Assembly (NCBI GenBank): GCA_900542525.1
Contig: UQNZ01000003.1
Location: 48,440-112,439 of the forward strand
Length of the DNA stretch: 64,000 bases
From: an uncultured Eggerthella sp.
Lineage (GTDB): Bacteria; Actinomycetota; Coriobacteriia; Coriobacteriales; Eggerthellaceae
Direction of reading: 5' to 3'
The notes beneath the pieces are model-generated. The model did no database searches, was not told the origin of the DNA, and worked only from the letters and a program-made list of their open reading frames with translations. Of the stretch, positions 1 through 8,768 are shown one piece after another. The position numbers were made by a program, and so were the translations under genes. Positions within the stretch are counted from its first letter, which is position 1, and every line of letters begins with the position of its first letter.

Positions 1-718
1 TGCCCGCTTCGCCATAACCGCTCAAACGCAGCTGCTGACCATCGTGAATGCCCACGGGGATATCGACCGATAAGCGCTGACGATCGGGAACTCTTCCCTG
101 CCCATCGCATTCTGAGCAAGGATTCTCGATCACCACGCCAGCGCCCTGACAGTTAGAACAGGTAGAAGCTGCTTGCATATCGCCAAGGAAGGTGTGCTGA
201 ACCGTGACCACGCGACCGCGACCATGGCACTCAGGACAGGTGATCTCTTCGCCATCTTCGCCAAGCCCTGTTCCGTCACATTCAGGACAGGGAGAAAGGC
301 GATCGTAGATGATCTCCTTCTTCACGCCAGCGGCAACTTCTTCAAGCGTTACACGCAGGCCAACACCCATATCGCGCCCTTCACGCTTGACTGTTGCAGA
401 GCGTCCAGCACCGCCGCTGAAGAACGAGCTGAATAGATCTCCCATGCCGAACCCGCCGCCGAAGAGATCTTCAAGATCCACATATCCACTTCCTGCGCCT
501 GCCCCAGGAATCGCGCCATAGCGATCATAATGATTGCGTTTCGCAGGATCGCTCAACACATCGTAGGCTTCGTTAAGCTCTTTGAAGCGCTCTTCTGCAT
601 CAGGATCCTTATTCACGTCTGGATGAAGCGTACGTGCTTTTTTACGGAATGCCTTCTTCACTTCATCTTCGGTTGCAGTCTTGTCCACGCCGAGAATTTC
701 ATAGAGATCTTGAGCCAT
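1..718 (-). CDS. dnaJ: Molecular chaperone DnaJ (N-terminal part; gene runs off window start)
   Basis: Minus-strand translation starts [11 protein letters not shown] (J-domain with HPD motif), followed by a G/F-rich linker and CxxCxGxG zinc-finger repeats. Sits immediately downstream of hrcA. Confidence 0.85.
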   Translation of the reverse strand, partial: MAQDLYEILGVDKTATEDEVKKAFRKKARTLHPDVNKDPDAEERFKELNEAYDVLSDPAKRNHYDRYGAIPGAGAGSGYVDLEDLFGGGFGMGDLFSSFFSGGAGRSATVKREGRDMGVGLRVTLEEVAAGVKKEIIYDRLSPCPECDGTGLGEDGEEITCPECHGRGRVVTVQHTFLGDMQAASTCSNCQGAGVVIENPCSECDGQGRVPDRQRLSVDIPVGIHDGQQLRLSGYGEAG

Positions 719-741
719 GCTGTTCGTTCACTTTCTTCGTA

Positions 742-1767
742 TTAAGAATCTTGTAAAAGCGACTGGGCAGCGCGTACTGCCTTGATCGCGTGTTCATAAT
801 CCATACGGGTCGGGCCTATGACCGCGATGATGCCGCGATCATCCTTTGCGCCATAAGGTGCCGCCACCACAGAAACATCCGCGAGCTCTTCGCTCACATT
901 CTCGTGTCCGATACGCACGAGCGGTAGATCGCCTGAGGTGGGTTCGTTGAAAAGATGGAAGAGAATCGTTTCATCTTCAAGCTTTTCGATGATGGGCACA
1001 AGACGTGTTGCGTCGGAGAATTCTGGCTGATCGAGCAAACGGGCAATGCCGAGCGTGTGCGGTCTTTCGGTTCTTCGATGTGCGCAGCAATCATAGAGTT
1101 CTTCTTCGATAAGAAGCGTAAGCGGATCGTTCAGCACTTCAGCTCGTGCGCTCAATTCACGTACTGCATCGTTATCGCTTACGCTCTGTCCTGCCTTTAT
1201 CGTTGAACCTGCATAGATATCATTCAGAGCGGCTTCGATGGCGCTAAGGCGTTCTAAGCTCAGCTCTTCCTTCGATTCGATCTGGCGTTGGAAGACCGAT
1301 CCGTCTTCACTGACGATAACAGCAAGAAGGCGGTTCGTTCCAAGCTGCACCAGCGTGATACGTGCGATCTGAACGCTCACGAGCCCGCGCGGAACCACCA
1401 TAGCGAGGCAATTCGTGAAACGAGCCAAGGCTTGCGAGGTTCGATCCAGCAGATCGTCGAGCTCGGAGGCCTCTTCGCGCAATTCATCCAGAATGTCAGG
1501 CTTAGGAGCATCAGAAAGATTATCGAGCAACTCATCCACGAACGTGCGATACCCGAAATCGGTCGGTACGCGCCCAGCAGAAGTATGCGGCGAGGTAAGA
1601 TATCCGGCTTCTTCAAGATGAGAAAGCTCATTGCGCACCGTGGCGGAGCTGATGCCAAGATGATAACGGTCGATCAGCGTGCGCGAGCCGATCGGGAGCG
1701 CATGAGCGATGTACTCATTGATGAGCATCCTGAGAACGTATTGTCTTCTATCTGAGAGCACGCGCAA
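742..1767 (-). CDS. hrcA: Heat-inducible transcription repressor HrcA
   Basis: 341 aa. N-terminal winged-helix region and overall length are typical of HrcA. A CIRCE operator lies directly upstream. Confidence 0.85.
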   Translation of the reverse strand: MRVLSDRRQYVLRMLINEYIAHALPIGSRTLIDRYHLGISSATVRNELSHLEEAGYLTSPHTSAGRVPTDFGYRTFVDELLDNLSDAPKPDILDELREEASELDDLLDRTSQALARFTNCLAMVVPRGLVSVQIARITLVQLGTNRLLAVIVSEDGSVFQRQIESKEELSLERLSAIEAALNDIYAGSTIKAGQSVSDNDAVRELSARAEVLNDPLTLLIEEELYDCCAHRRTERPHTLGIARLLDQPEFSDATRLVPIIEKLEDETILFHLFNEPTSGDLPLVRIGHENVSEELADVSVVAAPYGAKDDRGIIAVIGPTRMDYEHAIKAVRAAQSLLQDS

Positions 1768-1786
1768 CCTTTCGACTCAACGCATT

Positions 1787-1813
1787 TTAGCAATCTGAGG
1801 ATGAGAGTGCTAA
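1787..1813. promoter_or_regulatory. CIRCE operator (TTAGCAATC-N9-GAGTGCTAA) in the hrcA-dnaJ promoter region
   Basis: Matches the CIRCE consensus TTAGCACTC-N9-GAGTGCTAA with one mismatch. Located 20 bp upstream of the hrcA start. Confidence 0.8.
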
Positions 1814-1896
1814 AACTCCATGAAACAATACTGTTATCGGCAGGTTATACGCAGGGGCGGTGGCAATCTTCTGCAAACTATGAAGAAAATTCGCAT

Positions 1897-3042
1897 TCAG
1901 GCAAGTTCGAGCAAAGTCGCGAATACCTCGTTGCCATAGAGCCAGCCTTTTTCGCTCGGAATGAAACGTCCGGCTCGCTCGAGCACAAGGCCCTTTTCTT
2001 CGAGGGCTGCAAACGCTGAGCGCGTATTCGGCACGAGCGCTTCTACCGCCTGCACCTTCTCTGCGCTCACTCCCCTGCTCATGCGCATGCCAAGCATGAG
2101 ATCCTCGACGAGCGCCTGCTCATGCGTGAGCGTTTCCTGAACTTGTCCATCACTGAAACGTACGCGGCTTATATCGTTCTGCTTCATGGAAACCGCTGCA
2201 TGCCCGACGCCAAGGTAAGATTTTCCTGTCCAATACATCTTATTGTGCTCGCATTCAAACCCTGCGCGTGCATAGCTCGCCACTTCATAGCGATGAAATC
2301 CGTGCGCCGTGAGCAGCTCCTCCGCGCACACCATCATCTCCGCTGCAGCGTCAGAGAGATCATCTTCGCTCTCCACGAATGCAGATCTATCCATAAGATC
2401 GCGCAGGCACGTGCCCTCTTCGATCGTGAGCGGATAGATGCTCACATGCACCACCCCAAGAGAAAGAGCCTCTTCCACCGATGAACGAAATGAATCGATA
2501 CTTTGCCCAGGAATACCACACATAAGATCGAGACTGATATTCTCGAAGCGCAGTTGGGCAAGTTCGATCGCCTTGCGGGCTTGCTCGGCATCATGCGCGC
2601 GACCAAGCGTTGCCAAAACCGCATTGTCGAACGATTGCACGCCGAACGAAAGGCGGGTCACACCAAGGGCGAATAGATCCTTCACCATAGCCTCAGTAAG
2701 GCTCTCGGGATTCACCTCGAGCGTGCACTCCACTTCAGGGGTAAGATGCATCGAGAGCGAGAGCGCATAGAGTAAGCGCGAAAGCTGCTTGTTTCCGATA
2801 TGGGTGGGCGTCCCTCCGCCGATATAGACCGTTTTAAGATCCCCGAGCAGATCAGCGCGCGAAGCTGCACGGATCGACAGGATGAGTTCATCGATATAGG
2901 CTTCGATGCGCGGATCATCAGGCAAGATCGCTTCGCTCGCGAAATCACAATACGAACATTTGCTCTTGCAGAAGGGTATATGAATATAAAGCGCTTCATA
3001 GGGTTGCTGACCTTCAAGCACCTCGCCGCCAGGAAGATTCAT
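1897..3042 (-). CDS. hemW: Radical SAM heme chaperone HemW / HemN-like oxygen-independent coproporphyrinogen oxidase family
   Basis: Has the CxxxCxxC radical-SAM motif (CKSKCSYCDF) followed by a HemN-like C-terminal domain. Conserved position next to lepA. Confidence 0.75.
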   Translation of the reverse strand: MNLPGGEVLEGQQPYEALYIHIPFCKSKCSYCDFASEAILPDDPRIEAYIDELILSIRAASRADLLGDLKTVYIGGGTPTHIGNKQLSRLLYALSLSMHLTPEVECTLEVNPESLTEAMVKDLFALGVTRLSFGVQSFDNAVLATLGRAHDAEQARKAIELAQLRFENISLDLMCGIPGQSIDSFRSSVEEALSLGVVHVSIYPLTIEEGTCLRDLMDRSAFVESEDDLSDAAAEMMVCAEELLTAHGFHRYEVASYARAGFECEHNKMYWTGKSYLGVGHAAVSMKQNDISRVRFSDGQVQETLTHEQALVEDLMLGMRMSRGVSAEKVQAVEALVPNTRSAFAALEEKGLVLERAGRFIPSEKGWLYGNEVFATLLELA

Positions 3043-3047
3043 CGCGC

Positions 3048-4022
3048 TTACTCCTCCCTGTCCTTCTGAAGTGCTGCAACTTCATGGAATATGGTGGCGA
3101 AATCGTTGAAGGTTACGGCATCGTTGATGGCACGACGCGCCGCCGTGGCTCCCCTCATACCTTTCAAATACCACATTGCATGCTTGCGCATCTTCACGAT
3201 ATGATCATCGAAGCGCTCTGAGAGCATACGCGCGTGGCGAAGCGCCACTTCGATGCGCTCATCCGTGCTTGGCGCTGGCGCAGCAATGCCATTCTCAAGA
3301 TAGAATCCGATCTCAGAGAATATCCAAGGATTGCCTTCAGCTGCGCGGCCGATCATCAGCGCATCGCACCCTGTTTCATCGAGCATGGCGCGCGCACGCT
3401 CCCCTGAAGTGATGTCGCCATTGCCGATCACGGGAATCTTCACGACCTCTTTCACACGGCGAATCGTTTCCCAGCAAGCATCACCTTGGTAGAACTGCTG
3501 AGCATAACGTCCATGGATCGCGACCGCAGAAGCGCCTGACTCCTGAACGATGCGAGCAAGTTCAGGAGCGGTCTCTTCACCGAAAGCGAAACCTCGGCGC
3601 ATCTTCACCGTAACAGGATGCTCGACCTTGTTCGCCATTGCCTCGACGATACGGCTTGCGAGCGCCGGGTCGCGCATGAGCGCAGCTCCATCGCCCTTGC
3701 CCGCGATCTTGCGCGCCGGGCAGCCCATGTTCACATCGAAGGAGAAGACCGCGCTGCCGAGCACCTGTTCGAGCTCATAGGCTTCCTGCGCCATCGTTTC
3801 TGGCTCATGGCCGAAGATCTGAACAGCCACGTGCTTCTCAGAGGGAGCCAACACGAGCAGATCGCGCGTCTTGCCACTACCGTAGCTAAGCGCCTTCGCG
3901 GAGACCATTTCGGTATAGGTAAGCTGCGCACCAGCTTCGATGCAGAGTTCGCGAAACACCTCATCGGTCACACCGGCCATCGGCGCAAGAATAAGGCCTC
4001 TATCCTTGAACAGGTCTTCCAT
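3048..4022 (-). CDS. dusB: tRNA-dihydrouridine synthase
   Basis: Dus family TIM-barrel motifs (LAPMAGVTD, FMN-binding region). Confidence 0.8.
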   Translation of the reverse strand: MEDLFKDRGLILAPMAGVTDEVFRELCIEAGAQLTYTEMVSAKALSYGSGKTRDLLVLAPSEKHVAVQIFGHEPETMAQEAYELEQVLGSAVFSFDVNMGCPARKIAGKGDGAALMRDPALASRIVEAMANKVEHPVTVKMRRGFAFGEETAPELARIVQESGASAVAIHGRYAQQFYQGDACWETIRRVKEVVKIPVIGNGDITSGERARAMLDETGCDALMIGRAAEGNPWIFSEIGFYLENGIAAPAPSTDERIEVALRHARMLSERFDDHIVKMRKHAMWYLKGMRGATAARRAINDAVTFNDFATIFHEVAALQKDREE

Positions 4023-4039
4023 CTGACAAAACCGCTGAG

Positions 4040-5887
4040 TTATTCATCGACCTTGAGAATAGCCATGAAGGCTTCTTGGGGCACCTCGACGCTCCCGATG
4101 CTCTTCATGCGCTTCTTGCCTTGCTTCTGCTTCTCAAGCAGCTTGCGCTTACGCGTGATGTCGCCTCCATAGCATTTGGCTAATACGTCCTTGCGCATCG
4201 CACGAACGGTCTGGCGTGAGAGCACGCGCGAACCGACCGCAGCCTGAATGGGGATCTCGAACATCTGACGCGGAATGATGCCCTTGAGCTTTTCGACCAA
4301 CACCTTGCCGCGGGCATAGGCCTTATCGTTATGTACGATGAAAGAGAGTGCATCGATGGGCTTACCTGCGAGAAGGATATCGAGTTTCACAAGCTTCGAA
4401 GTTTTATATTCATCGAAATCATAGTCGAGCGAGGCATAGCCTTTCGTGCGGCTCTTAAGCTGATCGAAGTAGTCCATGATCAGCTCCGAAAGCGGGATCT
4501 CCCAAAGCATCTCGACCGTAGTGGTTGAAAGATAGTTCATCGTGATGAAATTCCCGCGGCGCGCAACGGTAAGATCCATGACCGCACCCACGTAATCGGG
4601 CGGAATGAGGATCTTCGCTTTAAGGTAAGGTTCTTCGATATGATCGATCTCGGAAGCGTCGGGCATGTCTTGCGGCGAATGAAGAGAGAGCATCTCACCG
4701 TTGCTCTTGAACACGTGATATTCCACAGAAGGCGCTGTCGCGAGCAGGTCGAGGTCGAATTCGCGTTCAAGACGCTCCTTGATGACCTCCATATGGAGCA
4801 ATCCCAAGAAACCAACACGGAAGCCGAACCCGAGCGCATGCGACGTTTCTGGTTCATAGACAAGAGCTGGGTCGTTCAATGAGAGCTTTTCAAGCGCATC
4901 TTTCAGCGGTTCGTATTGATCGCCATCGATCGGGAACAACCCCGTATAGACCATCGGTTTCACATCACGATATCCAGGGAGCGGTTCAGAACAACCACCG
5001 GTGGCATTCGTGATCGTATCACCCACTTTCACCTGCGCAGGATCCTTAAGGCCCGTAACCAAATAGCCTACTTCACCAACGCCCAGCTCGTCGACGGGCA
5101 CCTCAGTGGGCTTGCGTACACCAGCTTCCTCAACGAGCGTGGTGGTGTTGGTGGCCATCATGCGAATCTCTTGACCTTTTTTGAGCGACCCGTCAACGAT
5201 GCGAACGAGCGCGACTACGCCTCGATACGCATCGAAATAGGAGTCAAAGATGAGCGCGCGCAGTGGGGCGTCCTTCTCTCCTACCGGGGCTGGGATCGTA
5301 TAGACGATCGATTCGAGCAGATCCTCGATACCCGCACCAGTCTTACCGCTTGCAAGGATGGCGTCATCGGCAGGAAGGGCAAGTGAGTCCTCGATCTCAG
5401 CGCGTACCCGTTCAGGATCGGCTGCTGGAAGGTCGATCTTATTGATGAGCGGGATGATCTCAAGGTTGGCATTCATCGCCATCATAGCGTTCGCAACCGT
5501 TTGTGCTTCAACGCCTTGTGTGGCATCGACTACGAGCACCGCTCCTTCGCATGCTGCAAGGGAACGTGAAACCTCATAGGTGAAGTCAACATGCCCAGGA
5601 GTATCGATCAGATTGAAATGATACAGCTCACCGTCTTCGGCGCGATAATCGACGCGCACCGCCTGGCTTTTGATCGTAATGCCACGTTCGCGCTCAATAT
5701 CCATCGAATCGAGCAGCTGCTCTTTCATATCGCGCGAAGAGACCGTTTCGGTAAGTTCGAGAATACGGTCAGAAAGCGTCGATTTACCATGATCGATATG
5801 GGCGATGATCGAGAAATTGCGGATATACTTCGGGTCGATGGGCATGGATCGTTCAATCCTTCTCTTATCGGAAAAACGGAGGGTCAT
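4040..5887 (-). CDS. lepA: Elongation factor 4 (LepA)
   Basis: [17 protein letters not shown]1 motif and the LepA C-terminal domain. The true start may be the internal Met at about 5845 ([11 protein letters not shown]). Confidence 0.9.
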   Translation of the reverse strand: MTLRFSDKRRIERSMPIDPKYIRNFSIIAHIDHGKSTLSDRILELTETVSSRDMKEQLLDSMDIERERGITIKSQAVRVDYRAEDGELYHFNLIDTPGHVDFTYEVSRSLAACEGAVLVVDATQGVEAQTVANAMMAMNANLEIIPLINKIDLPAADPERVRAEIEDSLALPADDAILASGKTGAGIEDLLESIVYTIPAPVGEKDAPLRALIFDSYFDAYRGVVALVRIVDGSLKKGQEIRMMATNTTTLVEEAGVRKPTEVPVDELGVGEVGYLVTGLKDPAQVKVGDTITNATGGCSEPLPGYRDVKPMVYTGLFPIDGDQYEPLKDALEKLSLNDPALVYEPETSHALGFGFRVGFLGLLHMEVIKERLEREFDLDLLATAPSVEYHVFKSNGEMLSLHSPQDMPDASEIDHIEEPYLKAKILIPPDYVGAVMDLTVARRGNFITMNYLSTTTVEMLWEIPLSELIMDYFDQLKSRTKGYASLDYDFDEYKTSKLVKLDILLAGKPIDALSFIVHNDKAYARGKVLVEKLKGIIPRQMFEIPIQAAVGSRVLSRQTVRAMRKDVLAKCYGGDITRKRKLLEKQKQGKKRMKSIGSVEVPQEAFMAILKVDE

Positions 5888-6151
5888 TCATTCATCGCCA
5901 AGCGCCTGCTCGCCTGCGTTCAGCGCAGCATGGCCGCCGAAGGCACTTCGTGATTCTATCAAGCACTGCTAGGATTCAGAACGCGCAAACACTCATTCTT
6001 CGCTAAAAGCGCAAGAAACGCCTGCGACCTCTTCCCTAGCCCGATCAAGCACTGACAAACATTTTAGCGAAGCGCACTACACGGCTTTGGAAAGTTGTGA
6101 TACGATTCTAGGGCTTTCGTCTACAACTTGTAATTCAATGGAGGATAAAAC

Positions 6152-6709
6152 GTGGCGAACATTAAAAGTCAAAAGAAGCGAATCATCACCAACGAAAAAG
6201 CTCGTCTGCGCAACCGTGCAGTACGCTCTGAGCTCAAGACCGCAACGCGTGCCGTTCATGATGCTGTAGAAGCAAAGAATGGTGCAGAGGCATATGCTGC
6301 TGCACTCGCTGCTTGCCGTCTGCTCGACCGCGCTGTCACCAAAGGCGTTATCCATAAGAACCAGGCTGCTAACCGCAAGTCTGGCATCATGAAGCTTGCT
6401 AACACGGTCGTCACTGCTGAAGACATCGCCGCATACAAGCCTGCAGAGAAGAAAGCTCCTGCAAAGACTGGTTCCAAGAAGGCTGCTGCGAAGGCTGCTC
6501 GCAAAGAGGCTCAGGCTGCTGCTGAAAAGGAAAAGGATAAGCGCCGCAAGAAGACGCAAAAGGAGCAAGCTGCTGCTGCCAAGAAAAAGAAGGAAGCCGA
6601 AGAGGCTGGCGCAGCTGAAGAAGCAGCTGCTGCTGAAGCTGAAGCAGAAGAAGGAGTCAAAGAAGAGGCTGAAGCTGCTGCTGAAGAAGAAGCGACTGAC
6701 GAAGCATAA
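6152..6709 (+). CDS. rpsT: 30S ribosomal protein S20 with long C-terminal Lys/Ala/Glu-rich extension
   Basis: GTG start preceded by a GGAGG ribosome-binding site. The first ~88 aa (MANIKSQKKRI...) are canonical S20. The remaining ~95 aa are a low-complexity AKE-rich tail. Confidence 0.85.
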   Translation: MANIKSQKKRIITNEKARLRNRAVRSELKTATRAVHDAVEAKNGAEAYAAALAACRLLDRAVTKGVIHKNQAANRKSGIMKLANTVVTAEDIAAYKPAEKKAPAKTGSKKAAAKAARKEAQAAAEKEKDKRRKKTQKEQAAAAKKKKEAEEAGAAEEAAAAEAEAEEGVKEEAEAAAEEEATDEA

Positions 6710-6749
6710 TCTCGCCACTCTATCTCGGATTCGTCCGCATATCGAAAAA

Positions 6750-6779
6750 GATGCCCGGCTCAATGCCGGGTTTCTTTTT
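6750..6779 (+). terminator. Rho-independent terminator after rpsT
   Basis: GC hairpin cccggc-tcaat-gccggg followed by a T tract. Confidence 0.6.
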
Positions 6780-6939
6780 GCACTGAAAGGATGCATTCAA
6801 CTATCCGTACAAAAGCTGACTCATAGAGATAACTATCGTTTTGGTCCTTTTGCGCCTATCTCTAGAGATATGTAAGACGTCCGCTCTATAAGATTTGATA
6901 GAATAGTTCCACATCGAACAAGAGCAAAACGAGGTATAC

Positions 6940-7755
6940 ATGAAAGCGCTCATTCCTGCTGCAGGTCTTGGAAGCCGATTCCTCCCTGCCACCAAAGCAC
7001 AACCAAAAGAAATGCTGCTCGTTGTTGACAAGCCAGCTATCCAATATGTTGTCGAAGAAGGACTCGCTTCTGGTGCCGATGAAGTGATAATCATCAACAG
7101 TCGCGATAAGAAGTCGATCGAAGAGCACTTCACCCCTGATCCAGAACTGGAAGCAGAACTGCGTAGTCGCGGCAAAGATAGCTATGCCGATAAGGTGGCT
7201 CACGCAGGCAGCTTGAATGTCTCCTACGTCTATCAAGATGAACCGCTCGGTCTTGGTCATGCCGTTCATTGCGCTGCGGACAGGATCGAAAGTGAACCGT
7301 TCTTCGTTCTTCTCGGTGATGTACTCGTTCCCGAGAACAACATGCTCACACGCATGAAGGAAATCTCAGATGAGCATAACGGTGCCAACGTGATCGCAGT
7401 GCTTCCTGTTCCTGAAGCAGAAGTTGATCGTTTTGGCGTGATTGCAGGTGAAGAGATTGCAGGTGACGTCTGGAAGGTTTCAGCACTCTGTGAAAAGCCT
7501 ACCCCTGAAGAGGCGCCGAGCAATCTTGCCGTATTTGGACGCTACCTCCTCTCCCCACGCGTGATGGAGCTCCTTGCTGAAGTCAAACCTGGTGCAGGCG
7601 GAGAGATTCAGCTCACCGATGCACTCGACGAGGTGCTCAAAGAGGAAGAGATGTATGCGCTCGTTATCAACGAGGAAGATGGCTTCGACACTGGCACGGT
7701 AGAAAGCTGGCTCGATACCAATAATCGCCTCTTCGCGCGCCTGAAGAACGCCTAA
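6940..7755 (+). CDS. galU: UTP--glucose-1-phosphate uridylyltransferase
   Basis: N-terminal nucleotide-binding motif KALIPAAGLGSRFLPATKAQPKEML. Confidence 0.85.
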   Translation: MKALIPAAGLGSRFLPATKAQPKEMLLVVDKPAIQYVVEEGLASGADEVIIINSRDKKSIEEHFTPDPELEAELRSRGKDSYADKVAHAGSLNVSYVYQDEPLGLGHAVHCAADRIESEPFFVLLGDVLVPENNMLTRMKEISDEHNGANVIAVLPVPEAEVDRFGVIAGEEIAGDVWKVSALCEKPTPEEAPSNLAVFGRYLLSPRVMELLAEVKPGAGGEIQLTDALDEVLKEEEMYALVINEEDGFDTGTVESWLDTNNRLFARLKNA

Positions 7756-7789
7756 AGATGACAAACTACCCGGTCGTTCGACATCTTTT
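7756..7789. repeat. Left arm of a perfect 34-bp inverted repeat enclosing RNA-like element copy A
   Basis: agatgacaaactacccggtcgttcgacatctttt is the exact reverse complement of 8147-8180. Begins immediately after the galU stop codon. Confidence 0.9.
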
Positions 7790-7800
7790 TTGATTCGACC

Positions 7801-8131
7801 AGTGAAGAGGGTAAGGCACGAGGTTCCCCGCTTCCCTGCTCAAGAACCTGCATTCTGCAGGTTCTTTCGTGCGTCGCTGCTTTGCTCGGGTTTTATTACT
7901 AACGAATTTAGTCGGTAAAGAGTCACCTCGTTGCCTCACCCTCTCCGCTGATCGAGCTAGATGTTTCCGGTCGAGCAAGCAGCTGAGCCCATGGGGTGCT
8001 TGAATTACTCTGAGTCCACATACTTCAATATAAATAGGTTGTCCGAAGGAGCGAAGCGCATGAGCTTGCCTGATTAGGCAAGCGAACAGCGAAAGCGGGT
8101 AATCACAAGTGCCCCATAGGTGTGCTGCTTG
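7801..8131. ncRNA. Unclassified structured-RNA-like repeat element, copy A (inverted relative to copy B)
   Basis: About 90% identical to 53932-54271 in reverse orientation. Substitutions between the copies preserve hairpins (compensatory). No conserved ORF. Confidence 0.55.
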
Positions 8132-8146
8132 CTTGGGATAGATGGG

Positions 8147-8180
8147 AAAAGATGTCGAACGACCGGGTAGTTTGTCATCT
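8147..8180. repeat. Right arm of the perfect 34-bp inverted repeat
   Basis: Exact reverse complement of 7756-7789. Confidence 0.9.
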
Positions 8181-8255
8181 GCTTGCCTAGAGAAGAAAGA
8201 CCCCACAACCAGTATGGTACGGGGTCTTCGATTAATGAGAATCGTAGATGATGAG

Positions 8256-8624
8256 CTAGATCATCGAAATTGGCTGCAATTCGGATTCAGATGCTTCCTG
8301 CTGGCCTTCAGCAATAACAGGAATAAGCTCATCTTCTGCTTCGATCTCCTCGATGAAGGGGCCGAAGAGCGCTTCACCGTTCTGGCTCAGTTCGACCATG
8401 CCGGTAAGGATATCAACATACTGATAGGACTGACGAGCCGCAACACCACGCTTACGCTTGACCTCCATGATGAACAGCTTAGGATGCACCTGCATGAGGA
8501 CTCCTTCGCTCTCAACGATCTTAGAACGACCCATATTCGCGCGAACACGAAGCTTTTGGCCAACAAAATCGCTTAAGGTATCATGAATGCTATCGACGAT
8601 CTGTGCTTGCTTTGCTAAATCCAT
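8256..8624 (-). CDS. veg: Veg family protein (DUF1021)
   Basis: Resembles B. subtilis Veg (KLRVRANMGRSKIVESEGVL...YVDILTG). Sits downstream of rsmA, as in Firmicutes and Actinobacteria. Confidence 0.65.
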   Translation of the reverse strand: MDLAKQAQIVDSIHDTLSDFVGQKLRVRANMGRSKIVESEGVLMQVHPKLFIMEVKRKRGVAARQSYQYVDILTGMVELSQNGEALFGPFIEEIEAEDELIPVIAEGQQEASESELQPISMI

Positions 8625-8768
8625 AAACACTTCCTCAAAAAGGCATAGTAAAACCCGTTTATAATAACACGCTCCCAAATCTAGGTATAACAACTACGTT
8701 TGTTTTTTCACCAACGGCACTTTTTATTCGTTGAGAAACTACTCTTAGATTCAATAGCGAGCGCGCGA

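Noticed and set aside
6077-6875. ORFs of 239 aa (minus, 6077-6796) and 159 aa (plus, 6396-6875) overlapping rpsT
   Set aside because: They are alternative-frame and antisense readings of the GC- and Ala/Lys/Glu-rich rpsT tail. Their composition is extremely low-complexity (Ser/Leu/Phe or Arg/Leu/Lys runs) with no start context. They are artefacts of the repetitive codons.
7766-8206. 146-aa minus-strand ORF spanning RNA-like element copy A, and 71-aa ORF 54069-54284 in copy B
   Set aside because: The two copies are inverted relative to each other, so these ORFs lie on non-equivalent strands and frames. Substitutions between the copies do not preserve any reading frame but do preserve base pairing. 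The element is therefore non-coding.
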